Origin: Rhynchopus sp. YZ270_cl-10
Lineage: Eukaryota
Direction of reading: 5' to 3'
Length of the DNA: 64,000 bases
NCBI GenBank assembly: GCA_964035575.1
Contig: OZ037847.1
Location: forward strand, 744,001 to 808,000
Under the pieces are notes generated by a model. That model saw only the letters and a program-made list of their open reading frames with translations. It searched no databases and was not told the origin of the DNA. This document shows positions 19,075 through 30,800 of the stretch, piece by piece. The first letter of the stretch is position 1; the number at the start of each line of letters is the position of its first letter. The position numbers and the translations under genes are program-made.

Positions 19075-22000
19075 CTACTTCCTGGTTGCGGGCTTGATGA
19101 CGGGCTTCTTCGCTGCAGGCTTGGAGCCAACTGCCTTGGGGACTCTGCCAGTGGTGGTGGCAGGGCTCTTGGATGAGGGGCGCTTCTGGTCGCCGCTCTT
19201 GCCTGTGCGCCTGGAGGTGGAACGTGGCTTCTTGGGTGCCTCGCCACGCTCCTCTGCCTGCTTCTCAAGCTCTTCGACCTGCTCGTTGACGTCCTTCTCG
19301 TGGCGCTCCTGGGCAACAGCCTCATCGCCCTTGCGCTCCTGGTACACACGCGCCACAATGTCCACAAGCCAGTTCTGCATGCGCACAGCCTCAGCCTGGT
19401 GCTTCAGAGGGTACTTCTTCTTCTCATCAGGGGTAAGGGCGTTCCACTGGTCAAATCCAATAACAACCTGCTTCAGCCCCATGTGTGCGCCCTTGTGGAA
19501 GAGCCTGGCGTCCATCTCCTCCAACAGGTCCGAAGGCAGCTCCCAGATCTCACCCTCCTTCGGAGGTGCCACATTGCTGTCGGAACGGCGCAGCTGCTCA
19601 GTGAGTGTCTCGCGCACCTTGGTGAGACCGGCGTGGAAGACACGGCCCGGCTCCTGCGGGCACACCTTGGCAGTGCGGCTTTGGCTCTTCTTGAACTGCT
19701 GGAACTTGTTGCTGCCGTCCTTGAGGGTGTTGATGGTGTCGTAGTCCTGCTTGCAGTTCACTCCGTGCGACTTCAAGTGAAGAATCAGCAAGTTCAGGTG
19801 CTCCGCCTCCGTCAGCGAGGGGTCCAGCGTGAAGGTGGCCATCAGGTCCTTGCGGAGCTTGTTGTTCTCCTGCGAGATGTCGTGGATCTCCTTCTCCAGC
19901 TTTGCGATCTCGGCCTCCAGCTTGTCCATCTCTGTGTTGAGCTCGTCGGTCTCCTTCTGCATCATCTCATCGGTGTAGCTGCGCGAGCTCTCGAGGAGTC
20001 TCTCAGACTTCTCAATCTTCTCGTCGAGGTCTGCGATGGTTGCGTCCAGCTTCTGCGTCTTCCTCTCAAGAAGGAAGTCGAGGCACTTCTTGCGGTACAC
20101 ACGGCGCAGGTCCTCCTCGTGCTGGCGGGAGAGGATCTTGGCGACACGCTTCTTGCGTGTGGTCTCCTTGCGCGAGAGCACCCAGCGGAGGCACTTGCTC
20201 ATGTACACCTGGCGCAGGGAGTTGTCGCGGTTCACCTTCATGTGGTCCACGAGGAGCTGCTTCTTCTGGTTCTCGACCTCGGCCGTGTGGAAGTGCAGCA
20301 GCTTGAAGTAGTATTGCGTCATGACGGTCTTGCGCGACTTGGCAAGCAGGCCCTCGGCGACGGCCTCCTTCTTGCGCACCTGCTCCTGGCGGAAGGACCA
20401 ACGGATGCACTTTCCGTGGTAGATGGACATGATCGCCTTGGCGCGGTTGCGGTTCAGCGTGTCCGCCAGCATCGCCTTCTTCTTCTCCGTCTCGACGCGG
20501 TTGGCGTACTCAACAAGCTTCCTGTAGTACACGATCTGCATGCCCTTCTTCGATGTCACCGCAAGGGTCTCGGCAAACTTGACCTTCCTGCGGTGGTCCT
20601 GCGAGATCTTCGCGTAGCGCTCAAGGCGTGCAAGGTAGATACGCATGAAGCCGTACATCGAGGTGGAGAGCATCGCCTCTGCAAGGGCACGGCGGCGCTT
20701 GCGGGACTTGTCCTGGTCGAGCCAAGCGAAGAGCTTGTTGAAGTAGCGCTTCTTCACGTCGTAGCCAGAGGCAACGCCCAGGGCCTTCACGATGTGCGCA
20801 CGACGCTCGCGGTCAAGGTTCTCGAGCTTTGCGTGGAGGCTGGTCTTCTCCTGCAGGGCCTCGGAGTTGGCAATCATCTCCTTGCGCTTGTCCTCGATCT
20901 GCTGGATCAGCTCCTGCTCGCGTGTCGTGAACCCCTCAGAGTGGTCCCAGTCGTTCTCGTGCGCCGCACTGTCGGACTCGGTGTACAGCAGCTTCACGCT
21001 GTCCTTGGACAGGTGCCACGCAACCTGCCCGTCAGCAGCTCCCTGCACAGCGGACATGTTGTTCACGAAGGCACCACGGTGCTCGTTCAGCTCCGTCGCA
21101 AGCCAGTCCCCATGCGGGTAGTGCGGGGAGGCAGGGCCGCCTGCACGCCACACGCGGATGACTCCGTCGACACCTCCACTCCAGAGCATGTTGTTCGCGA
21201 CGATCAGGCAGAGCTGTGCCTGCGGCTGGTTGTTCACGGGGCGCACACGCGAGGACGGGAAGAGCACGGTGATGGGTGTGCCCTCAGCGGAGTTCCACAC
21301 CTGCAGCGTACCGTCCGCTGTGGCGGAGAAGAGGTGCTGCTCGTAGGCGGCAAGGGCACGCACGGAGCCGCGCGTCACGATGGGGAAGCCCTGTGTGACA
21401 CGCTCTCTGGCGGCACGACGCGACCTGTGCGGCTGGCTGATGTCGCGGCAGCGGATGGTGCAGTCGTCACCTCCGGAGTAGATGTAGCCGCCGTATCCGG
21501 TGATGTCGTTCATGGGGAGGTAGGCCAGACAGCGCACTGCGTTCTGGTGCACGGGGAACATCTCCTTGTAGCCGAACTTCGTGTGCGTCTCGTTCCAGCC
21601 CCAGATGTGGATCTGCCAGTCCCGCCCTCCGGAGTAGATCTGGTCGGAGCCGCCTGGGCCCATACCGGGGACGACCTCAAGGCAGGTCACGGCACCGGTG
21701 TGCTTCCTGTGCTCGTGCACGAGCTCGAAGTCAGGCTCACCGACCTTGTTGACGGTGCGCACGGTGAGCTGTACCATCTTGTCCTCGGAGGTGCTGTTCA
21801 TCAGGGAGCGGATGGAAGCACCGTCGCTGACCTGCTCGCGGTTGACGTGTGTGATGACCATGCCCTCGCAGAGGCCTGCCTCGTCTGCTGGGTGGCCGAT
21901 CTTCATCTTGCCGACGACGTTCATGCCGTTCTCGAAGACGATGGGCATGCGGGGGTTCACGGAGAGGAGCACCTCCGCCACTTCGCGGTACACACGGATG

Positions 22001-22332
22001 TTACCATCGGACATTCCTGCGTACATGTGCTGGTCGTGGTAGAGCACTGCGCTCACGAAGACACCCTTCTTCTTCTCCATCGTGCACGTTGCCTCTCCTG
22101 TGGTGGCGCGACGGATGGTAAGGGTGCCGTCCTGCTCGGCAGTCCACACACGCAGCTTGTCGAGCGGCTGGCGTCCGTCGAACATCTGCAGACAGCGGAT
22201 CTTGCTCTCGAACTGCCCCTGGTTCACAATACCAATGTCACGCGGCTCCGCCAGCTCCGGGTGCTTGCGGTCGGGCGAGATGTACGCATCTCTCACGACC
22301 TTCGAGTCGGTTACCTGCGAAAGGTATGCCAT
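19075..22332 (-). CDS. WD40-repeat protein with inserted PDZ-like domain, 36-aa helical repeats and coiled coil (probably cytoskeletal)
   Basis: WD motifs HTGAVTCL..YSGGRDWQIHIW, HQNAVRCL..YSGGDDCTIRC, WSGGVDGVIRVW. PDZ-like GHPADEAGLCEGMVITHVN. Strong G/C third-position bias. Confidence 0.9.
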   Translation of the reverse strand: MAYLSQVTDSKVVRDAYISPDRKHPELAEPRDIGIVNQGQFESKIRCLQMFDGRQPLDKLRVWTAEQDGTLTIRRATTGEATCTMEKKKGVFVSAVLYHDQHMYAGMSDGNIRVYREVAEVLLSVNPRMPIVFENGMNVVGKMKIGHPADEAGLCEGMVITHVNREQVSDGASIRSLMNSTSEDKMVQLTVRTVNKVGEPDFELVHEHRKHTGAVTCLEVVPGMGPGGSDQIYSGGRDWQIHIWGWNETHTKFGYKEMFPVHQNAVRCLAYLPMNDITGYGGYIYSGGDDCTIRCRDISQPHRSRRAARERVTQGFPIVTRGSVRALAAYEQHLFSATADGTLQVWNSAEGTPITVLFPSSRVRPVNNQPQAQLCLIVANNMLWSGGVDGVIRVWRAGGPASPHYPHGDWLATELNEHRGAFVNNMSAVQGAADGQVAWHLSKDSVKLLYTESDSAAHENDWDHSEGFTTREQELIQQIEDKRKEMIANSEALQEKTSLHAKLENLDRERRAHIVKALGVASGYDVKKRYFNKLFAWLDQDKSRKRRRALAEAMLSTSMYGFMRIYLARLERYAKISQDHRRKVKFAETLAVTSKKGMQIVYYRKLVEYANRVETEKKKAMLADTLNRNRAKAIMSIYHGKCIRWSFRQEQVRKKEAVAEGLLAKSRKTVMTQYYFKLLHFHTAEVENQKKQLLVDHMKVNRDNSLRQVYMSKCLRWVLSRKETTRKKRVAKILSRQHEEDLRRVYRKKCLDFLLERKTQKLDATIADLDEKIEKSERLLESSRSYTDEMMQKETDELNTEMDKLEAEIAKLEKEIHDISQENNKLRKDLMATFTLDPSLTEAEHLNLLILHLKSHGVNCKQDYDTINTLKDGSNKFQQFKKSQSRTAKVCPQEPGRVFHAGLTKVRETLTEQLRRSDSNVAPPKEGEIWELPSDLLEEMDARLFHKGAHMGLKQVVIGFDQWNALTPDEKKKYPLKHQAEAVRMQNWLVDIVARVYQERKGDEAVAQERHEKDVNEQVEELEKQAEERGEAPKKPRSTSRRTGKSGDQKRPSSKSPATTTGRVPKAVGSKPAAKKPVIKPATRK

Positions 22333-22462
22333 TGTTGCTTATCCCTGCGAGATGGCGGTGGTGGTGGTGGGGATGGGAGCTGGGGGGAGTGGGAGAGTGG
22401 GAGTGGGGCAAAGGTAACAAAATAACAGTCTTGTCCTTTGGCGGCGTCAGCCTGCCCTATTC

Positions 22463-23413
22463 CTATGCCTCCTTTGGGAGAGGCGCTTTTAACACTAAGT
22501 CGAAGAAAAGGTGTGCGGGCATGGGTATCTCACTGCGCGACGTGACGACCACGTCACACAGCGCGCGGCATTCCTCTGAGAGGCCAGCAGGGGGTGCAGG
22601 GAGGAAGAGGGCCTTTTTGGCGGAGCGTCGACGCGCGACCTTGCCTGGATCGGCTTCGAAAACAAGCCCACGGCCTTGCTGGGTTTGGTCAATCCCAAAA
22701 ATGGTAAAACCCTCACTCCTCGCCTTCGCTACAACCTGCTTCACATTTTGTGTATACCACAGCGATTGGATTTCATCTATCGCACCGTACGTTGCTTCTA
22801 GCATTGCAGCCCCACCTAAAAAATGTCCATCAGCTATATCCGCACTTGCGACCAACATGGTGGTATGGTTTGCTGCAGTCACCACAGCGCGGGCAAGGTC
22901 CTGCGGTCTATACCCCGTGAGAAGCACCATATTTTGTGTGTTCCGGTCCAGCTTGGTTTTGCTTGTAAAAAACGGAACCTTTCTGGGAAGCACGAGCCCG
23001 GTCAGCATTGCTTGTGGCGGTGCGGTCAGGTGGAACAGGTGGCTTGCCGTCTTCCGTATGAGTTGATGGAGCTGGAGCAGCTCTAAGCTGACACCTGGGT
23101 CGGAGGTGAGGCTCTCCCAATTCCACACCCTTACCTGAACAATCTCCCGTCGGCCTTTCCGGAGAACACGGAGAAGTGTTGTCTCGTTCTGTACAAGGCA
23201 GACTTCGCTCGTTTGTCCAGCCGTCTGTACTTCTTTAATATTCTGTTCAATCAAATTAAAGTTATTCTCCAAATCTTCTGCAACCTTCAACAACTTCTTC
23301 ATATTTGGAGTCTTCGCATTAATTCCCGCATGAAAAGACGTAAGTTGCGCCCCCGTAAAAAATGACGTTCGGACCAACGATCGCATGGACCCCGCTACCT
23401 TGACCACAGCCAT
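22463..23413 (-). CDS. SpoU/TrmH-like (SPOUT) protein, divergent, possibly mitochondrial
   Basis: C-terminal ARSEGFTIFGID...ALFLPAPPAGLSEECRALCDVVV resembles the SPOUT knot region. Basic, S/T-rich N-terminus resembles a transit peptide. Confidence 0.55.
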   Translation of the reverse strand: MAVVKVAGSMRSLVRTSFFTGAQLTSFHAGINAKTPNMKKLLKVAEDLENNFNLIEQNIKEVQTAGQTSEVCLVQNETTLLRVLRKGRREIVQVRVWNWESLTSDPGVSLELLQLHQLIRKTASHLFHLTAPPQAMLTGLVLPRKVPFFTSKTKLDRNTQNMVLLTGYRPQDLARAVVTAANHTTMLVASADIADGHFLGGAAMLEATYGAIDEIQSLWYTQNVKQVVAKARSEGFTIFGIDQTQQGRGLVFEADPGKVARRRSAKKALFLPAPPAGLSEECRALCDVVVTSRSEIPMPAHLFFDLVLKAPLPKEA

Positions 23414-23756
23414 TTAAATAAATCCGCTGTTCTGTATGGAAGTTGTAAAAAGGGTGGATAAATGAAGGATATAAACGTTGGGGTGTGGGGTGTTTCAGTG
23501 TCGGATTGATTCGATGGTGGAGGGGGAAAGGGGGAACTGTCAGACGCTTTTCGTGTCTGCACATAAAGGGGGAAAGTGGAAAGTGAAAACATCTTTGACT
23601 GGGCACCAAAAAATAAGGGATGGAAGGGGGAAAGAAAACTCTTAAAATTGGATATGAATAGATCTCAGGGGAAGACATCAATTTTTTTTTTAAATGCTTG
23701 GATATTATCTGAAACGATCAGCCAGACGAATACAAAAAAAAAAGCAAGAAAAAAAA

Positions 23757-23880
23757 AAGGTTGATCTGAAATACAAATCCCTCTCGTGAACAGTGTACCT
23801 TTGGTACATGACCGGTGTACCGGGGTGGACCCTATACAGTCCTACATCCATTTCGTGGACGACATCTGAAATAAAAAAAG
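23757..23880. repeat. Dispersed repeat family, copy C
   Basis: tgaaatacaaatccctctcgtgaacagtgtacctttggtacatgaccggtgtaccggggtggaccc...cagtcctacatccattt. Confidence 0.85.
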
Positions 23881-26415
23881 TATTTAAAAAAAAGTGAACA
23901 AAATAGATCTTCTCCTCTCCGTTTCCCACCCTCTTTTTTTTCGTACAGTTCCATTGCCACTTCTTTCCTCTTCTAACAATAATTATCACGTTTGGAGCTT
24001 GGTTGCAAAACGTTGCAAAACAGCGTGGCCATGGTTCGCAGAACAAGATCGTCAGTAGCAACACGACGTTGCTCACTGAGGGTGAGGGGGGTGGTTTAAC
24101 TCGGTTCTTTTTTCATTGGTAATTCCTCAGCACAGAATTTCGCATGGCGAGTTCAAGCCACAGCAAAGCCACTCTCCTTCACGATCAACCCCTCGATACA
24201 CTCCCCACCCGGCACGACGTACCGAAAAGGGGGGAATTACTTTATGCGGCAGGGATAGCTATCCGTGCATTCCTCGTTTTTTTTTTTTTTTTTTTTGTCT
24301 TTTTTTTTTTTTGTGAAAGCCCAGGGAGGGGGAAGTGCTGAGGGGAAAAGAAATTCCCTTTTTTTTGGTAAAAGGCTATTCTTCAAGAATAATTTCTCCC
24401 GCCCCCCTCGCACAAAAAGAAGGGGTATGACTAAATGGTTGAGAAAGATATGAAATTCCAACAAAAAAAGGTAAAAAAAAACTATCAACAACGTAGAGAG
24501 CGCACGGAACGGAGTCTTTTTCACCCACCACTGATGCAATTGGCTGGACCTTGGTCGTTCTTTTTTTTTTTTGTCGAAGACATTACGTACAAAGGGTCGC
24601 TGCTATTAACAGTTGCATTGGGCTGATCCTTGACCATATATTTCCATGGCCTTCTACGGCATACTAGAGACGACTAGTAGTGCTACCAGTACAAATGACC
24701 AGTAGTTTTGTTTTTACTAGTGTTACACCAGTATAACACTACTAGTTCAGCAGTAGTCGTTACAATTAGTGGTACAAGTAGTCCGTCGTGTCCACCCGTA
24801 CGTAAGGGGAAGGGGAGAGGAGAGGAGAGGCGGGGAGGAAACCCCTGTATTGCATTTTTAGACGTATTTTATCAGAAAATGCCAGTACAAAGCTACTGAC
24901 ATATGATGGGCAAAAAATGCATCAAAAAAGACACAACACAGTACGGGAACTCAAAAGAAGAAAAAATACTCTGCCGTCTCTGAAGGGGGGAGAAGGGAAA
25001 AAACGAAGCTAGCAGTGCAACTTTCAGATAAAATATTCCAAGCTCCAGTACGGAAGAGGTAAAGGCATACTTCAAACTCTATGTGTTAGTAATGAAGAGA
25101 GTTTTAAGAAAAAGGCCTGGTTGGCCCTCAAGACCGCAGAGTGGTTCTCAAAAAACCAACCATACGAACCAAAAGAGAGAGAAAAATACACACATGGGGT
25201 AGCCAAAGGGAGCGGTGATTCGCACTTATTGCGTACTTCTGCGCACTTTGTGCACCCCTCCCCATTCAGCTACACCAACAGAAGTTTAGATGAACTGCAC
25301 CTCTCGAAGTGTATTTAACCTATAAATGAACCATAGACAAGGTGTGCACCTCACGGGCACAGCTCTGTCAAGCTAAAAAGGAATACCACATCAACGCTGA
25401 GCCGCTTAGGACTACAGTCGTACAGAGGACCTTCCTAATGAAGAAAAAAAAAATGAAAAAAATTGAAACATGAATGGGCTCTCTCTCTCGCATGGAGAGA
25501 TAAAATGGAGCTGTCGAGATAAAACCTAAGCCGCTCATGAGTCTTTAAAAAGAACTCCCCTCCCCGTACCTACGTAACTGGACTGATAACACATTGCCTG
25601 GTTTGAAACTACTATCACGAGATAGCAAAGCCTGAAATGAAAAATACGATTCAAGGCAATTTCCTTGGCCCATGTACATCATAAAGAATAAAAAGGTGTG
25701 ACAAAAAAAATATGGACGAAGAGAAGCAACGATGCTGACGTGCACCAGAGAGGAGGGGTGCAGGCACTTATCGATATCTACTAACCAATTGTGGTTTTTT
25801 TGACGTTTTTTTGACACAATTTTGCTGTGAAAGTTGCATAGGTCTTTCCCTTACCTTTGAAAGGCGGGGGAAGAAATCACATCTAAAAAAGTTCGGTTTA
25901 AAACACAAACAACGTTCCGTGAGGTTTGTTAAGGGAGAAGCCGGTTCGTGAAATTGTACAATAAAAAGTGAGTGAGCTTTTGAACAGTGGAGAATTGCAC
26001 AACTGTGGCAACACAACCGAGGCAACTACACTCCAACAATTTATCAAAAAAAAACGAAAAAAAACGCATTCACTATATTGACAGACCAAAACAGCGTTGG
26101 GCTCAGCAGAAGCAGTGCAAGACACTGCGGATCAACATGAAAGCCAACCCCCCCCCCCACAACATTGGCTACCGAAGTAGCAGGTTGGGGTGTTGGTGGG
26201 TGTTTGAAATAGGTTATCACTCACAATAGAAGTGTTGGAACGCTCATTGCAATTCCTCATGGCTCTCTTTGAGGGAATAGTTGTGTTGTGATTTGAAAGC
26301 ATATGTGAGCTTCCTATATGACCCTCTCGTGTTAGTGTGCAAGAAATGTTTTGTAACACGACTCTCATTGTACCGAATCACCCTTTAAAAAAGCGAGCAA
26401 AAAGGGGGCAAAAAA

Positions 26416-26551
26416 ATAGAGTTGAAATACAAAGCCTTCTCGTGGCAGTGTACTTTGGTACATGACTGGCTGTACCGAAATAAATGGTTGTTGATGCAAA
26501 CATCTCTGAATCTCCGTCTGACCCACGAGGCCGGCCCCGGATGAAAGCACG
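26416..26551. repeat. Dispersed repeat family, copy D (internal deletion)
   Basis: gttgaaatacaaagccttctcgtggcagtgtactttggtacatgac...gttgttgatgca...ctgacccacg..gccccggatgaaagcac. Confidence 0.8.
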
Positions 26552-27898
26552 GTAGAGAAATACATTCAATCGTCAATATAAGAACACATTCTAAGGGTGG
26601 GGTTGGGAGAAGAAAAAGAAAAGTTTATAAGATGACCATAAGCCTCTCGTGCTTAGCCACCTTATCATATTCGTTATCAGTTAGAAAAAGAATAGAGTGC
26701 TGTAGGAAGCCTTGCTGCTCCAAAATGACTGGCATGAAAGATATGATAAAAATATTGATTGGTGCTGATAAAGAAAACGTTTTTGTTTGGAAAAAAAAAA
26801 GTGAATCGCGTACAGCTGCCACCAGATGTGTACAGTGTTGGTTTTCATTTTTTTTTCTCTTCTCTTTTTTTCCGTCTGACTAACTATGATAAAACAGTGG
26901 GTGACTGTTCTTGAAAAATGCGTCAGCAATTTTGTTGTGTTCACACAAAATAAAACATCTCTGGTGGGGTACCCAGGAAGGGTTTTTCCACACAAAGAAA
27001 TAGTCGCAAAACATCGAATAAAACAATTCTTTTTTGCTTTCTCAAAGGATCCATGACACACAAAAGAAGTGTCCAATCTGTTTAGCGCAAGACAAGTGTA
27101 AGAGGGGTTGAGTAGAGACGTGCAGCATCAAAGCTCTTACGGTCGCCTTGTCTGGTTTCTTATCATTATTTCAGGTAAGAAAAATTTTCGGGAGAGGCAC
27201 TGGAATAAATTAAAGGGTTCTTTGAACGAGTGGCTGTTACTACCACGTTCCTTATCTAGAATAAAGTTGCCTGTGGTTTGCGGGATACAGCTTTCATCAG
27301 AAGTCTTAGAGCGGTACCCTAGGTTCTATTTTGTAACTGAAATTTAAGAAATGTTTGGAAAATGAGTGAACACCAACATGAAAAACTTTTTGCGTGACAA
27401 AAGCTAAATCAAAAATCAAAAAAAAAAAAAAAGCTACTTTTTGCATCATTGACAAGTCCTCTAACAATGAAGCCTGAAACGATAGTAATCTAAGGAATGA
27501 ATGAGGGGGAGCTTGATACTAAAAATAGGCAGAAACATACCGAATAATATAAAAACCGTCCTCTCTCAAGACGTCGAGACTCAAAAAAACCCTTGCAATG
27601 AAATGATAGACCCCACTCCCAACCCCACCGCCTCTGACTCGAGATAGAAGCCAGCATCAAACCCTCATTTTTAAAAAAAGCCCTAGTCTGGACGTTAAAT
27701 TGCATCCGGGCACCCTTGTGTGGCAATCCTCCTGAAACCCTATGAAGGTCTACCTGAGGGTAAAAGGTGCTGGGAATGCTACCCTGGGTGCTGAAAGCAG
27801 GCACACTACATGGGACCTGCTGGAGCCCTAGCCAGTCACATAAAAATAAAAAAGGGGTTTGACGAAGTTGGGCGCCTTTTTCGCCCCAACCGTTCCCT

Positions 27899-30800
27899 CT
27901 AATACTCAACAACATATCCGGGAATCCTTTCCGACTCCCTCTCCACGCCACGAGAGGTGTTGATATGATGCCGTTCACGTCGCTGGTGAACGGCCTCTTC
28001 TGCTGATATACCAAAGGATTGCAAGAACGACTCCTGCGGTCTGCTCGTATGAGAGCTTCGGACGTCCTCCTCTGACCTGGTGGACCGTGTAGGTGCACGT
28101 GAAAGGGAGACCTCAACTCTGTACCCGCCCCGCAGGGTTTCAATAGATGCTTTGCTGAGAATGGTCGCGTGGTGCAGCGCAAGGGCGCAGTCATCCTTCA
28201 TCGCGTGCAGCTCTGCGATGTTGACTTGCAAGGCCTCCTGTGTCACGTTTTGTGTCATCGACCTCAAGAACAAATCCACAGCAGCAACCTCAGCATCAGA
28301 CTCGTCCTGCTGTACATGCGTCAAAAACCCCGACATAGTCCCTCCCATATAGGTGTATCCCTCGCCACCACGCACCCATCTGTTCAAGAGAGACACAAAC
28401 TTCTGAGTGGACAGGTGCCACAGTGAAATCTTTCTGTTCATTTTCGAGTAATACCAAACGTCGCAGAGAAAGAGACACTCACACATGTTCTGTGTGTCGG
28501 GGTCTGCGAGTGCATTGCTCTCCCGTGTGGCGTCTGCGAAGAGCGCATAGAAGCCCGCCTCCTCAGCGTACTCGGCTGCTGCCTCTGCAACAATGAGCGG
28601 TGTGCCGAGGGAGGTGGTGTACCTTTGCTTCGACGTACCCACGTTGCCATGCAAGAAGTCGCCTGTGGCAATGCCAAGACGCATGATGCTTTGTGTGCGC
28701 GTCTCAAGGTACTCAGCCAAGCGGAGTGCAGAGGTCACGTGTTGGCGGCAGCGCTTCGAGGCATTGAAGGTAATCAGCACTTCGGAGGCAACAACTGCTG
28801 CAATCTGCCCGTCAAACGAGATGGCTGCCTCTGCTGCACAGCGTACGATCAGGTTGAAGTCGTCGTACACCTTTGAGCTTAGTTTGCACATCACAACAGT
28901 ACCACGCGTTTTGATGAGAAACAACTCCGTACGCTTCAAGGCAGTCCCAATCAGCACTGCATTATCACTATGGCTGCTTCCGTCCCCATCGCTCAGCACA
29001 TCCTTCACCACCGACATCTCCCGTTCAACAGGCAACTCTATTACAGTGCAATCGGAAGAAACTTCAGTGTACCTCTTCTTCAAGTAGTCGGGAGTGATGA
29101 GAAACACTTCTGTTTCCCCAAGCCCACGGAGCTCTATCTTACCCAGTGGACACAACACAGGGTGGTGGGGGATGACGCCACGGTTCTTGGCCGCCTTTAT
29201 CACCCACATAACGTTGCGACTGATGCAGATGGTGCCGCCCAGGGCCTTGGCTTCAATACGTGACGCCTCGTTCACAGTGCTTCCACGGTAGTCTACTCGT
29301 CCAGTGATGGGATTCTCTTCTGCAATAGTGCTACCATGATGCAGCCCTATCCGCACGACAAGACCTGCCGCAGGAAGGCGCAGGCGTTCCGGCCACTTCG
29401 CTTGCTTGAAGCGGTGCTGGATCTCCAGTGCTGCGTTGACGGCTGAGATGGTGTCCTGGAAGGAGAGCATGAAGGAGTCGCCGATGGTCTTGACTTCGTA
29501 GCCATCGTACTCACGGTACACTGCACGGATGATTGCGTTGTGCTGCTCGATTGCGGCGTTCATGTCTTGTGCAGACCGTTTCCACAGCTCTGTGCTGCCC
29601 TGGATGTCTGTGAACATGATGGATACCTCGCCTTGCGGTGCACTGCCAGAGAGGCTGTCGCTCTTGAGTGACGTATCCGACCCCAACACAGCCCCGGGCA
29701 GGTAGGGACGGATCTCCCCAAGCTTGGCCGCCATCTTCAAGAAGTTAGCTTGCATCGCCCTGACCTCGTGGAATGGCGAGGTGGCCTTCACATTGCTGAC
29801 GGTGTCCGTGAGGTTCATCTTTGCAACGTTTGCCATTTCGTTCTGGATGGCGTCAATTGGCCGCAGGACGAAGTGCGTTGCTAGCACACTCATGAGGATG
29901 AGGAACACGGCGAAGGACACGATGAATATCTGCGACTGCATGCGTTTGTCGTCGATCTCGTTGGAGACGTCTTCTGTGTGCAGGACGGTGCTCTCCCGCA
30001 CCTCGACCTCATCTGCTTGTATTGACGCCAGAACGTGCTGCTTGTTCAGAGTTACAGTGAGCCACCAGTCCAGCCGCTGCGGCACGTCTACAATACGACG
30101 AACAGTGACAAAGTAGGACTCAAGGATCTGCCCCCCACTCAGCTCTCTGAAGACGCTGTCGACAGAGGTCCCGGACCCCTCAATGCGAGACCGCAGGATG
30201 TGCAGCTCTGCACTGGAGGTATTTGTGTGCTGGTTGATTGCCTCGTAGCCCTGCAGGCCGTTGTACGTGAAGTTGTGGACTGCTGCTGCGATGCCTCTGA
30301 TGACAGCATCGTCCGCTTCCGTGTCACGCAAAAACTCTGTTTGAATTGCTCCGTCAGGACCAGGCATGTTCGGGTCGTCATTGGAGTACTGCCCCGTACC
30401 CTTTGAGACGGAGGTTAACAAATTCTCTTGCCGGTTGGGGCGGATCAGCTCCTCTGGGTACCCAAGACGTTCCATTTCCTTGACCATCCAGCACGACGCT
30501 ATTGTGGTGAAGATGCGTGTGTCCGCACCGGTCCTGTTCTGGGTTTGTACCTGCAGATCGGTCAAAAACGTGCGAATATTTTCGAGCGAGAGAAATGTCA
30601 TCGTGTACACGCTGTCGACGCTCAATGCAGGGTCTGACAACCGCGAAATCATTGTCGCGCCGGTGAAGCCTCCAAGCGTCTCTATGCTCCCCCACCGTAT
30701 TTGGTCCATCCCCCAGACAGACTCCCCATGGTCGCCCCTTGCAAGCTCATAGGAGACAGAACCATTGATGTGTCGCGACACAGAACCGTTCATCGCTCCT

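Noticed and set aside
19300..22425. 1041-aa plus-strand ORF
   Set aside because: Antisense shadow of the strongly codon-biased WD40 gene; no recognisable domain.
26430..26450. HDV-like ribozyme core (gccttctcgtggc) in the dispersed repeat
   Set aside because: Could not build the full P1-P4 pseudoknot, and the pairing is not kept in other copies.
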